DNA of 64,000 nucleotides from Azolla caroliniana. Taxonomy: Eukaryota; Plantae; Polypodiophyta. The position numbers and the translations under genes were made by a program. The DNA lies in contig JBHGNT010000001.1 of the NCBI GenBank assembly GCA_043228905.1, positions 2,976,001-3,040,000 of the forward strand, written 5' to 3'. Shown one piece after another: positions 44,415 through 58,154 of this stretch (the first letter of the stretch is position 1; the number at the start of each line of letters is the position of its first letter). The notes under the pieces were generated by a model, which saw only the letters and a list, made by a program, of their open reading frames with translations, did not search any database and was not told the DNA's origin.

Positions 44415-45910
44415 CTTTAGAACTTCAACATTCGGAATATCTGCCGATAACAAAGACTGATAATAATCGGCTACGATATGCCTCATTTCATTTCTATCCG
44501 TTGTGACAAAACCGTCAGATCTTTTTAACTGCACAATCTGGATCTTATTTCTTTTAGGCATAACATTTATTTATTTTTTAAATTGACATGGTGTCACCTT
44601 TTGCACACCTTAGAACTTCAGCATTCGGAATATCTGCCGATAACAAAGACTGGTAATAATCGGCTACGATATGCCTCATTTTAACTCTATCCGTTGTGAC
44701 AAAACCGTCAGATCTTTTTAACTACACAATCCGGATCTTATTTCTTTTAGGCATAACATTTATTTATTTTTTACATTGACATGGTGTCACCTTTTGCACA
44801 CCTTAGAACTTCAGCATTCGGAATATCTGCTAATAACAAAGACTGATAATAACCGGCTACGATATGCCTCATTTTAACTCTATCCGTTGTGACAAAACCG
44901 GAAGATCTTTTTAACTACACAATCCGGATCTTATTTCTTTTAGGCATAACATTTATTTATTTTTTAAATTGACATGGTGTCACCTTTTGCACACCTTAGA
45001 ACTTCAGCATTCGGAATATCTGCTAATAACAAAGACTGATAATAACCGGCTACGATATGCCTCATTTTAACTCTATCCGTTGTGACAAAACCGGAAGATC
45101 TTTTTAACTGCACAATCCGGATCTTATTTCTTTTAGGCATAACATTTATTTATTTTTTAAATTGACATGGTGTCACCTTTTGCACACCATTTTGTTGCAG
45201 ATGTTTGAAAAGAAAACTGTGCACGCTTTTACTGCGAAGAAGAAATCAACATCATAACATTTTGCAATTCAGAATGAATATATTGATAATGAGGATGTTT
45301 TTCCTGCAAAATTTGAAGAGAAGCCAAACCTCTCTTTGCATTCAGCAAACCTCTAGTGTAATTACTTTGTTTTATCTTAGCTTGTTGTACAAGAATTTAG
45401 AGACTACATTAAGAGCATTCGGCCATTTCTGACCATTAGAATCTCCAACAACCATTCTCCAAAGTGAAAAAACTGAATGTTGCAAAGTCATATCAACAAC
45501 AATAAACCTTGTCACATACAATCGGGAAATAGGATTATGGTTGTCCATACAGAATTTAAGCAAAACCGGAGCATGATCAGAGAACGAAGTGCTAGATACA
45601 ACACCCACATATCCTCCACAATCCCCAAAAAAAGAATTCGCATAAAACCCATCAATTCTAGACAAATTGAGAGCAACACTTCTTCTATTGGAATGTGAAT
45701 ATAACAAGGAATCATGCATGCGAGAGAAAATAGGAATATGCCACAAATTAGTAACTTCATATTTAAACATTAGTTTCTCCCACTCACGCAATTCCGAACC
45801 CGAGAAAGTAATGGAAGGACTACCTAATCTATTAGCAGGGCTTTCAATCATGTTCCAATCACCACACATACACCAATGTTGTGCCACAAGAAGATCTTGC
45901 AATAACATAA
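44415..45910 (-). pseudogene. LINE ORF2 endonuclease and linker remnant
   Basis: WCMCGDWN, SRIDGFY and SDHAPV are APE-endonuclease motifs. Confidence 0.88.
44416..45187. repeat. Four tandem copies of a 193-bp LINE ORF2 segment
   Basis: Units start at about 44416, 44609, 44802 and 44995; the minus strand encodes RNKIQIVQLKRSDG...ADYYQSLL. Confidence 0.93.
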
Positions 45911-48900
45911 TTAAGCTTATAGTTAGACCTTAACCTTAATCAAAAAATAAGGGTGATTACCTATATGCACATATTTCATGTACAACCTTAGGTCATCTCT
46001 TAATACTTGATGCCATAAAAATGATAATTTATTTTATTAAAGTAAAAACTTGATAGAAAGACTTAACGCCAAAAATAATACTTGTTATAAGAAATACAAA
46101 GATCAGAAAACAAACTTAATGAGTTCATATTTCAATCAAACCTCAATCACATTTATGCCAAGTTCAATCAAAATTTCTTCTCTAACGTATAATTTTAGAG
46201 AACATAATGCAAAATGGGTAGTCGAGAACGTGCATGTCACTACATTCAAAAAATACACATTTAGTTATGTTTCTTTCATTTGACAAACAATATTTTCTCG
46301 TGTTTGTGGTCACTCATCAATACAAAGTCCCCCAATAAAGTTGTGTGCCATATCACATTCTATTACAGACAAAATACTTGTGTGCACTATGCACACACAC
46401 CCACCCATACATGGTCATGCTTGTAAGTTGTAAGGGTGTATATAACAAGTTTAAGACATGTGTCCTATGTATATGTTGGCCCACAAAAGAGCATTAACGT
46501 GACCACTTGATGGGGTAGAACAATTAATAAACCCTAGCTAGTTGCTTCACAAACTCGTAGTACCTAAGATTCATGCACCCCAAAAACTAAAACCTTTTCA
46601 TCATTATGAATTGATTTGGCAATGATCCATAATCATCCAATCATATTTATCCATTGAATGAATGAGGGCCTCTCTAAAGGATGACCTCCTAATGTATTGG
46701 CTATTGAACCTAGAGGCATGGAATGACTCATGACATCTCTTTCCAAATCATCTACGACAGGTCTACATTGTGAACATTTACCACAACCAATGGCAAACAC
46801 ATCTATTTTAGATATAAAAAAGAGGAATCGGCTCAATTAAATTTGTATTTTCCACATCATTGGGAGGATTTTGATTTGGTCTCTTCTGCTTGAACTTAGC
46901 TATTAAACAACAAACAAAATCACCATTGATCATAAAACTACTTGGCCACATTGTCATCACGAAATGCATGCATTAAGTCATTTATTGATTTGTTCATTGT
47001 CTCTCCTTCGATCCCATGTTATCATTCCGACCATTTATTGATACATTCATTCTCTCTCTTCCTTTCCCATGTAATTTTTGTCATTTTCTCACTTTCATTC
47101 TCATTCCCTCTCACAAAGCCACTACTACTTAGGCTTGTAAATGCACCTACTATTTGTTGACTTGTGATTTCTCTCTTCTCCTCTCATTTAATAGCTTGTC
47201 TCTCTTTTCCGCTCTTATCGTCTTATTAATCCTTAGTGCATGTATGTGAAGCTTTATTTCCCCTTGTATCATGGAAAAACGTAATTAGTCGTACAAGAAG
47301 AAATCACATTCATGTGGGATACATATGAAACAAAGTGGGAACATACACATGGTATGATGGAAATGTGAAAAGATCACGGCGATCATAGACATGTCATGTG
47401 CATTGATGAAAATAAATTCACAAAAGGAGAACATATACGACATTAGAAGAGAGTAAAGTAAGATAAGTGTGGTTTGGTTAAAGCTAAACAAATAAGGGAA
47501 GGAGAATCAAAGATCTTGAGATGTGCAATATCATTTTCATAATTCAAGGATATCTCTTTGTCTAAGACACTGTTTTACATAGACAATAGAATCAAGGGAA
47601 GTAAAAGATTTAACTTGCCATTCATAAGACTTGGTTTACAAGGGAAAGTTAGATGAGAATTGGTTTACAATTTTATTTTATTTTATTCAAACAATGTTTT
47701 ATATTATGTCCAAAGCATACTTCTGCATAGATATTTACATTTTCAACTGCTCATAGACTGCCATAGACATACATATCTCCCAAAGCATTACCAAGAACAG
47801 TTATACATGGCCGCATGGCCACATGCCTCATGTCGGTGGAGGAAATACCTAGAGAGGTGGCCGATACCTCCAACATATACAACCATTAACCATGTAGAAT
47901 ACATTCATCGTTTCCCATCTCTTCTAGAAACTTATATGTTTAGTCTTCTATATTGAGCCAAAAGTGATCGAGTGCGAGTTTATCCATGATGGCAATAAGA
48001 CACTTCATTGTAGCATAAAAGCACAAAAGTTGCAAATGTAATTGTACCTCTATTTAGCACCTATTGCGATTATAGATAGCTAGTCTTGTTTGGCCTTCAT
48101 ATTCAGCTATCAAGTTACAAAGATCTTAGGTACGTGGCGATTGTTTGTCACACCAAAACAAGAAATAAACCAAGATGTTCTATTGTGTATTAACGAATAT
48201 CAAATTGAAAATGTGTTTAGGAATAAATCTACTTACTCTATTATTTTATTGCATTCTGAACCTTTGAAAATTCGAGTCTGTGCGAACTCTTGGAATGTCA
48301 CACACATACACTGCATGGAACCTCACTTAGTGATTACCAAAAAGTACATATCTCCACCAAGTTAGAAGAACTTGTAGTAACAAAATGATTGTTTTGAGTC
48401 CCTCGTTCTAATCGGGCATGAAATGCATTACCTTACACCTACTCAACAAAACCAAATACTTCATATTAGATGGTAGAAAAGGAAAAGCTTGTATACTTTA
48501 TTATTCTCTGTTCAAATTGCACAATAAGAAATCGCATGGGTCTTTTTAAAATTGAAATGGTATCTTAGTAAATGAAGAATTAGAGAATATATGATCCATT
48601 CAATGTTTTGGTTGCCTCCATCAAAGTACACATTCTTATGAGGTAAAACCAATTGTTAAAGGTACATTCAAATGTGAATCGAAATATATCATACAAGTAA
48701 TAACATGGAAATATATGCCTGGCATGTTGGAAGGACACTGAAAAGGTCAACGAAAGTGTGGACATATCATGTGCCATGATGAAATTCTCTCGTGATGGGT
48801 CTACCAAATGTCGTTGGTATAAGATCTTACAAGGGATTGAATGCAGAGTGGCGCGCTTTAATTGAAGCCTAAATAAAGTGAAGAGGGTGGGTGAACCAAT

Positions 48901-50249
48901 AAAAGCGAATCAAACATCTTTACACCTAGAGTAGAAACTTCCTTGAAACATGGTAAGTGCTTGGACTCCAACTAACCTTTCGATCAATGTTCTCCTTTAT
49001 TAAACGCTAAGTAACATGGATATTAAACCCATCTATTTGTTTTAGACCTAGTTTTTATTAGAACGAAGAAAAGGTTTTGATATTTAGATATGAAGCCCAA
49101 TTGAGATGATAAAGCAAAGAGAAGGTTGATCCATATATCTTGGATTCTACAAAAGGTGGACCATTTTGGCCAAAATATTGCTCTAAGATGGGAGTTTATA
49201 CTCAACATTCTTGAACATTTCAAAATATTTCTAATGCCAAGGCCACCTCACTCATGTAATATTGCTCCAAGAGATTCTACCTCGTCTTATATTTGGCCTA
49301 GGCTAAAGAAATGGATGTAAAAAACTCAACAATTCCTTTAGTTCCTAGATTCTAATGACAACTAGAGGCAATGGTGTCACATGACGACTCAAACTAACCG
49401 CTAAGCGAAATGTAAAAAACTCAACAGTTCCTTTAGTGTCGCTCATCCACACTTGGAATGTTTGCAACGAGTTAGCTGAGAAATCTCTTCGTAATTTGTC
49501 AAGTTAGATACTTTGTAATTTCAAATGAGCATTGTGGCATCCTTCAAAATATTGGTATAACACCCTAAAACGTTGTATCTAGTGAACTGTGAGGCTTCAC
49601 AAACAAGAGGGTGAACAATAGTCTATAATATATATAACATGGAGCACACAAGTTTGCCAATCCCGCAAGTTCGTCCAACATCAACGTGGAGGTTCTGTCT
49701 AGGCACCTAAGTGAATGCAGATGCCAGAGGGGGGTGTCAGACTCTCAGATTTAAAGTTGATGGGGGAACAAATACCTTGTGAAGTGGAATAGAGAAGCCC
49801 ACAAGTGGGAGTCGGGACCATGGTGGGTCAAGTAGAAAAGCCTCTTGTCCCCATACAGGTCTTGGGTCTCAGGGCTTTTTTGTTTTTAGATCATGGGGGG
49901 TGAGCGTAATCACAATGTGTTTTGTTTTATACATACAATACGAGAAAGGATCGATTATGTAAATCGATGAAGTGAATGGCGGGCAAGAAAACAGGATGGA
50001 TGGCCATATACATATGTAATTGCTTTGTCCGGGTGCGTTGCTAATTACGGCTGCTTAATTACGAGCTTAATCTTAATGTTAGAGATATGTTTAGTTGAGG
50101 AGACTTTAAAGCTCTTGAGGTCCATATGTATAATGTAGTACCAATAAAGAAAGAAGAACCATTTATGTAAGTAAATTCTCATGTAAAGTGTGCGACTGGG
50201 ATTCGAACCCTGTACCTCTTTCTCTCTCTCTCTCTCTCTCCCACCTGCA

Positions 50250-50257
50250 TATAAATA
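50250..50257 (+). promoter_or_regulatory. TATA box of the plantacyanin gene
   Basis: TATAAATA after a (CT)n tract, about 160 bp upstream of the ATG. Confidence 0.65.
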
Positions 50258-50413
50258 AGGCCCAAGCACCACCATAACTCATCTCTCACCTGCATTGCTT
50301 TACCTTTCTCCCGCTCAGAGCAGGAAGCAAAAACCACCATTCTCCATTCTCCATTCTCCATTCTTCATCTCTTCCAGCTCCTGTGTACACTTGCTAGAAA
50401 GAACCCTGCAGCA

Positions 50414-50636
50414 ATGGCCCACAGTGGAGCTCCCCGGGGAAGAGGCATGGCGATGAGCTTTAACTCCTTCTCCGTGGCTTGCCTTTTCTCCCTCCTCCTT
50501 CTCGCCATCGCCACCTTCGTCTCTCCCTCTCAAGCTCTGGTCTACAATGTGGGTGATCGTTCCTGGACTTTGCCCCCAACCATGAACTACGATTTCTGGG
50601 CTGCATCCAAGGAATTCCGTGTCAACGACATACTCA
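50414..50636 (+). CDS. Plantacyanin / basic blue copper protein, exon 1
   Basis: Signal peptide, then YNVGDRSW...YDFWAASKEFRVNDIL; donor GTAAGT at 50637, phase 1; the second ATG at about 50447 is an alternative start. Confidence 0.9.
50433..50453 (+). promoter_or_regulatory. Degenerate miR408 complementary site
   Basis: CCCGGGGAAGAGGCATGGCGA versus the ideal GCCAGGGAAGAGGCAGTGCAT, in the GRG codons where plantacyanins carry this site. Confidence 0.6.
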
Positions 50637-51383
50637 GTAAGTGTTATGTGTACCTTCTTCGCCATATAGCCAGCCTCCTGTAGAAGTCTGACCTTATGAT
50701 CAGGGTTAGGGTTCATTGTTTCTGTCTGATGAAGTAATGGCATCAACCATGCATGCACAGACACATAAAGTACACATTAGACCTGCTTAGCTGCTCTTTC
50801 TATAGATCTCGGGACGCCTGAGCAGGGGTATGTTCTCTGTAAAGATGGAGGAATAGTTTAATGATGTGCTTAGTAAATTTTATTACCTTGTTACCCCTGC
50901 CTGCCCGCCCGCCTGCGTGTCTATCTATCTGTCTCTCTCTGCAAGCTTTCTGTCTCGTGAAGCAGTTTTATATATACTCTGTAACTTCATATATCTTATT
51001 AACTCTTTTCGTTTTTAGCTGTAAGTTCTGAGTTAGCTAGGCAGGCACTAGAACTAGTGCTTCTGTCGCATGAAGTAACAGAGTAAATATCCTGAGCTCT
51101 GTACGTTCTATTAGGGTTTCGGTCTTAGGATTGCATACATCAATGCAGATTAGGGTTTCCGTTATCGTGCATTATACTTTGACTTGGGCCAGGGTTTCAT
51201 TATCAGGATGTCTTCGACCTCATGAGGAATGGTTATCCTTCCAGCAGGGTAAATCAAGGCGTGGTTTTTGTGTTTTTTCTTTTTCTTTTCCTGCAGAAGC
51301 TTGATTGATTTATGTTACCTTCTTCTTCCCTGTCTTCTGGGAGCAAGGTCGTAGGTATGGTCTAACGAGTGGTTGTTATGCAG

Positions 51384-51586
51384 GATTCTCTTACCCGTCG
51401 GAGATCCACAACGTGGTGCAGGTCACGCCTGCAGCCTATGCGAGTTGCTCGGCTGCCCGTCCCCTCAAGGTCTACTCCAATGGGAATTCTCTCGTCCGTT
51501 TGTCCAGGCCAGGGACATACTATTTCATCTGTGGGATTCCCGGACATTGTGATGCTGGCATGAAGATGAAGGTCACTGTGCGCTAA
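51384..51586 (+). CDS. Plantacyanin, exon 2 (spliced product 141 aa)
   Basis: Branch CTAAC at 51362, acceptor TGCAG; HNVVQV..Y..C and YYFICGIPGHCDAGMK give His/Cys/His/Met copper ligands; no AGP or GPI tail. Confidence 0.92.
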
Positions 51587-54500
51587 GAAATGGAAACTGT
51601 TCAGCTTCCTCAGTGCCATATCCCATACCCTAAACCCTAAACCCTATATCTATGTCCACCGCCTGTCTGTCTGTGCTTACATTTTACAGATTTCCTTTTT
51701 TTCTGTTTTTTACTCCCATATGTAATTCTTCCTCCTGTTTCTGCACATGCTGTAATGACTACTCGTTAGTTTAGGAGCGAGCGAGCAAGCAAACGCTTCT
51801 ATATACATCTGCCATATCTGCCTCCTTTAAAACCTCTCTGTTTTCTTCTTGTCTTGTGCTTCTTCTTATACTTCTCTCCATATATATCTATGTCCCTCCC
51901 TTTTCTGCAATCACTACTTGTGCATTCGCTGTAATGCCCACTTAGTTGGTGTATGAGCTTAGGCTTTCTTTAATATGAGCGAATGGCTTTATTAATCTGA
52001 GCAAACCGCTTCTAATTTACTCAAAATGTGAGCTAATAATGGTTCTGATTACTGACTTACTGTGAGCTCATGCTTCTCATAACTTACTGTGAGCTAATTG
52101 CCTCTAATTACTTCCATCTAAGCTAATGTTTTCTGTCCATCTCTGTTAATGTATAGGAACGAATGGGCTATGTTCCCTTCTAAACCCTACACAAATCAGA
52201 TATAGGGATTTCTTTCTTGTCAGTTGCTGTACTGACTGTTTGCTAGTATTTTGTTTTGGTTCATTTCTGCAGAGGGCTATTGCTTCTCTCCCACTCCCTG
52301 TCTCTGTCTCCCATATATTGATGTACAGTAAAGGTTTTGGTTTCACACTATGGGTGGACGCACACAGACATAAGAGTGTTCAATTGGAAATCGAACTTAT
52401 AGCACCCTCTTTAAGTCTAGTAGTGTGTGTAGATATGTATTTTGGAAGCCAATTCAATTGCTTTTACTTTGCATTTAAAATTCATAAAGACTTGATATCA
52501 CTTTGTCTCCCCGCTTCACAATAGGACAGAGAGCTTACGAATCGTAACACAAAGTTGTGATGTCTTTTCTATTGCATTGGCTTTATAGTATTAGTGGCAG
52601 TGCCTTTGTTTACTACACATTACTTTGTATGCCTCAACACACCCCTGCTCATTTTGTTATATGTCGATTGGCTTTGATGGGTGTTTGCCTTGTTGCATTG
52701 TTCTTATATGCGCCTCCATGCGTAACTGACACTACTATCATGTACGTGAAGATTTAGAACTTTTTGAACCATATTGTTCTAATGGTGTAAAAGCTTGTGG
52801 GGTGGGTTGTTACGATTTGCATGCGCTATAGTAATGAAAAGTCTTCCTTTCCTTCTCCTACTACGCATTTGCCACTTGCTCCACCACTTCTTGTCGGTGG
52901 GTGTGTCGCCATCATAGGCTAAATTCTTACCATCATTATTTCATATCTTTTGTCACCTTTTCCAATTTGGTAAAAGAATTTACCTCATCTTTACAATATG
53001 TTATACTTTTTAAATCTATTGGCTAAAATGCCCTTCATCTTTTGTACTTCCTAAATAAAATATCATATTTTAGTAAGCTCATTAAATTTACATTGTCATT
53101 TTCTACTAATCTCGAGGGCCAATATTTGAAGCTTTCTCTTATCTATGTAATTCTTTGTGGCTCTACCACTCAACCCTCGTGTCTTAGGTCTCAAAAGTAC
53201 TCTCACCATTAACTGAAAGATTATTTGTTTAACTGAATCTAAGAAAAATATACTTATGAACTTCCTTTTCATTTAAAAATATATATATATTTGGCAAAGA
53301 AGAGTCTGGATCATATATATCTCAAGGAATAAAAACCCAACTGATTGATTTTTAAGATAAACTCTGTCAAAATTTCATGAAGCTGGTCACCCGATTCACA
53401 GTGGAACAAGCCATTGGGATAAAAAAATTGCAACTCCTCTCTTTAGTAAGATATTTAATACCTATAGAACCAGTAAATGTAGTAGATATCATCAGAAGAA
53501 TTACTTGTAATATTTTGAGTTCCTATTTCCAATAGTATGTACGATAAGGAGAACCTCAAGGCTAAATGCTTGGTTTTGACCCAATGAATCGCCAAAAATC
53601 CTGTTATACGGAGAGAGGCAATTGCCATATGGTTATTTGATGAAATTATAAGTTTCTCAATTTATAAATTAGAACAACCCAGTGCAATGAAGCAACAAGG
53701 AGCATAATGAAAGAAATATGAGCACAGATGTACTCTATATGGATGTATGTTGAGCTATGTCTATCCCTCCCTCTTGCCTTGCTTGATTTAGGCTTTCCTT
53801 TTGCATAACAATTTTCATGCTTACCAAGTTCCACTATTCTTTTCAATAAACCAATGGAACTCCGCATAAAAGACCTTATGTCTGAATCATGATCATGAGA
53901 AAGAGCAAGTGAGAAATGGAAATCATACTCAAGGGAGAACAATTGTGATCTATGAAACAAGGCCAGCATCAAACTTGGATTCTCTCATATTTATGACTTT
54001 GATGCTATATTATAAACCACCAAGCCAAGGGCCAAAGAGAAAAGAGGGCCCAGCTACTCATCTCGCCCATTCAAAGCCCAATCAATGGCTCATCTTGATT
54101 GAATTATTGTGCTTGAAGATTTTTTCCTGAAACCTCTAACTGTTCTGATATCATATGCCAAAGTTCCTGAGCTCTCAAAAAGTTATCCTTTTAGGTCAGC
54201 TCTAAACTATGTTCAAATTAAGTGGGTTATGGGGACGATTGTAGCTAGTGGAGTTAGAGTGAAGTTGTGCGCCGAAAGGTGCATATTTGGCTAATGATCA
54301 CACCTCGTCCACAGGTAAGATGTGTATCCATGTATATAGGTTGAATAATGAAACTGAAAGAAATATGGAAAAGGTGGGCCCGATCATTTTATGTTCTGAA
54401 TATAGTTAAGGTTCAAAGTGGTCAGTCCAAAATGTAATCACAAGCAGATAATTTGTCTATATTCATACAATGCAAACATAACCAAATGCATAGTTGAGGA

Positions 54501-56576
54501 TAACCACTTACAACCAATTACAAAGAGAATGGGAAAGTATTGAGTATTTACTGTGGGAGAAGCTTCACAATCCTTGTTTGAAAGTTGGCACTCTTTCTCA
54601 AAACAGAATTTTAACAATCATAGTTTTTTCCCCTTGAGTATACTCAAATTAGATTAGGTATAAACCCTCTAAACTTGCTGTAAGTGTGAAGATTTGACCT
54701 AAGTCTATTTTGTCCGAGAGATTGTGTTGAGTGTTGTTTGGCCCATTCACTCAAATCAGATGTAAATATCGCCTTTGGATTCTCGATGTTTGTGTCTTGG
54801 TACAATGATACCAAGCATCCCAACTTGCAAGAAAACCATCACACCTTGCTCAAGAAGACATGATCTATTGTTATGTTTAATGATCAATATTTGATGATGC
54901 TTTTGTGAGCAAGATGCCTATGGTCATCCATCACATGATGCCCACATGTAGCCCTTCACATGGAGATTCGACCAAGGAAAGTAGCCTAAGAAAATAAATA
55001 TGAGACGATACTCATGAGAAGTTCAATGTAGTAAACAAAATTACAAACCCAAGTAGGTAGGCAGATTTCTCAAAATGAGAATGAGACACATGACCTGATT
55101 TCCACCATTCTAAATTAAACTTGGTAAATGTATTTGTATTAATACACATGAGGTAGTTCCAAATCATATGCACTTTAACTCACATAACCTGAATATGATT
55201 CATGCTTCATATGCCTGCCCTAAGAATTATTAAGAACAGTGAAACAAAAAATAACTCAATACCTCTAACCATGTTGCAAATACTTACTCCTTTAGAGCAA
55301 TCTTCTGCGGAGTCGAAATAGAGTGTCTCTCTTTCTAGCCAAGGATTTGTGATAGTAAATATCGTAGCACGTCCAGCAAATCTTAGCAAGGTCCCTTGGT
55401 TCCACAATGCTCAAGATTTTATGAGGATATGTTCCTCGAGTTTGGACGTGAAGTCTCTTCCGGGCTGGTGTTAGAGTCTTCTTTTGCTCTTCAGAGAAGT
55501 CTTTCATTTAGGTATGCTTGCTTTCTAACAAATCGCACCATTCTATCTTTACCAGGAAAAATAGCTATAAATGAGCCGAACCAAAGCTTCGCACGCCTTT
55601 TCTAACACTAGAAAGGCAGAAGGAAGAAGGAGCAACATCAAGTAAGCATATGAAATCAATGCATTTCTTAATGCAAGAGAATTTTCACAAACACAACTTA
55701 CTTGGGATACTTGCAGAGAAACAATATTTGAAACATACTATACATTCAAGTCTTTTGATGACATAATATTTAAACAATCACATAAATCTATTTTTTGTTG
55801 GATGAACTATAAAAACCAACCCAAATGCAAATGATGGAATTCAAAGAAGAAAAGACTACATCATCTCATAGTATCTGTCCTTTTTCTAATCTTATTCGTT
55901 ATTTATTTCACAACACTAGGTTGCTTACACACTACACTGACACTAAGTTAATTTTTTTTCCCTATAGTTACTATCAACACCTTCTTGTCTGTTGGTCACT
56001 CTCGTTTGCAATGTGGAAGTTATATTTTCCTTCAGTAACATTCATATATGTGCAGGATATAGTGGTTTTCTCTTTATTTAATTTCTTACACTTCCTCTCT
56101 CACTTCTTTACATAAATACAAAATAAAAACCAGGAGTGTTCTTCCCCAACTAAGCTTTTTATTTTGACAGCACTCTACGCACAAAATGGCAGAAAACCTA
56201 GAGGTATTCTTTTGCATAGTGTGAATGACTATGTTGGATTCCAAGACTTATGATTGACCTTGTACAAACGTGATTTACTGTATGATTGAAGTTAATACCT
56301 TACTCTTGAACAAAAGAGTGAATTTTGCATGTGCGTTTTGTACATGGGAACTCAACCATATGGTAGAGTAGAGATGGAGACCTCATCAACACTTGAGAAA
56401 AAGATATGGCATACAGTATAGACAATCTTGGACAGTACCAAAAGCATGCTTGATGTTGCTCAAAATGTACACCTAATCGATGTTAGAGAAGATCAAGCAT
56501 GGCTCTGAAACTGTACTCTGTACTAAACCGTTTTCATCAATCGGAAATTCTACATTTGACTCTTATTGACAAATTA

Positions 56577-56750
56577 ATATTCATATCTAAATGCTTAGAC
56601 AAGATCATAGATGGCTGAAGCTGCTCTACAATGGTCAGACTTTTCCTCAAGCAAGCATACAAATCTAAGCTACGAATGCTTAGATATTCACATCTAAATG
56701 CTTAGAAAAGATCATTCATGGCTGAAGCTGCTACAATGGTCAGGATTTTC
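56577..56750. repeat. Short diverged direct duplication (period about 107 bp)
   Basis: ATATTCA.ATCTAAATGCTTAGA.AAGATCAT..ATGGCTGAAGCTGCT occurs twice. Confidence 0.75.
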
Positions 56751-58126
56751 CTGAAATGAACATTTTTGAAACTAAGCTTCAAATGCTTGGACATTGGAAA
56801 ATCGATCTCGTTTTTCTGGATGGAAAACTATAAACTGTATATGCTTCTTGATTCTGCAAAACCATGCTTCATGTTTCTCCGTTTTATATTTATATATGCT
56901 TACAAAAGAATAAATAATATGGCAAGACGATGGTTTGCTATTGTATTTCTTATGGGAGAACTATGAAGAAAACATACTTCTGATTCTCTCTTATTTTTGA
57001 ATGTATATGTGTCGATGTTTCTCAGTATAATAAATATATACGGTCTTCTCAATCCTTGTTACAACAGGTAAAGCTTAAAAACAAGGTTGTGATACGTATG
57101 GCTGTGGATGATGACACCACGGTTCCTTATCACTATAACTGAAGGGAATCTGGCCAGCCAGAAAAGCCTAATAAGTACTGGTAAAGTGTGCAGCCGGGTG
57201 GGGCCTGGTACTGAAAACCAATGACAATTCTATACAGATTGGGGGGGAGTTCAGTACTGGACATTGGAAGAGGAAAATGAAATCTGATGTCTCTCCAATG
57301 AAAGACAGTCAGTCATCAAGTCACTCTTTTACTAATTACTAGATAGTTCTGGATTTGCTACCAACACATTTAATGCTGCGTGTCTCCAAGAAATAGATTG
57401 AAATTGTGAAGGCTGTGTGGCCAAATATGAAGCTTAAAGAAAATAGATTGAAATTGTGAAAGATCTAAATGCAACACATCGAAGAATACATTCATACAAC
57501 CAGACTTATGACCTATGATTTCTAGGAAAATTAAGTCTGATGTCTCTCCAATGAAAGACAATAAAGATAATCCAACAACGATGGTCACTTCACGACCTAT
57601 ATGTCTACAACCACTGACAGATTAGCATTATCCTGTACAATGACATAAAAGCTAAGGGGTTGAGAAGAGATGAAGCCATCTTTCTTCCAAACATAAAGGC
57701 GTGCATTATAAGTTACAAGTGGCATTAGATTCCACTTTATACTGGCATGTAATGACTCATCATGGATATTGTTCCCTTGGGTCATGGCGCCTGCATTTAC
57801 ACTTCCTTCTTGCGAATACAAAAAGCATGTCTTTGGTCCTTTTTAGCTTTGTCATGGCACATCTTGGAATACAACCCCATTCAACCGTATCATGAGAATG
57901 CGCCCCAAGACCTTAGCATGGACAGTACAGACTTGAAACGAGAACATTAGAAAGACAAAAGTATAAGCCGAAACCTAACCTAAACTCTAACCTGACATGT
58001 CAAAAAACAAGCTGCTTACTAAGCATGCCATATGTTAGAAAAATGCTTGATTAGAGATATTGAAACTGAAAGGTACAGGCTACTTACTGGTGATCTGCAG
58101 GTGAACCCAGTCATGGCGTGGACGGA

Positions 58127-58154
58127 TTTAGGCTTTAGGGTTTAGGACTTAGGG
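58127..58154 (+). repeat. Degenerate interstitial telomeric heptamers
   Basis: TTTAGGC TTTAGGG TTTAGGA CTTAGGG. Confidence 0.55.

Noticed and set aside
6420-45910. The two minus-strand LINE pieces as one element split by the stack
   Set aside because: Order and strand fit, but the RT core is missing, unrelated DNA including the PPR relic intervenes, and no TSD links them; unproven.
51628-51646. CCCTAAA repeats after the plantacyanin stop as a telomere-healing scar
   Set aside because: Under three units, and similar telo-box words occur in the intron and in several LTRs, so this is background here.
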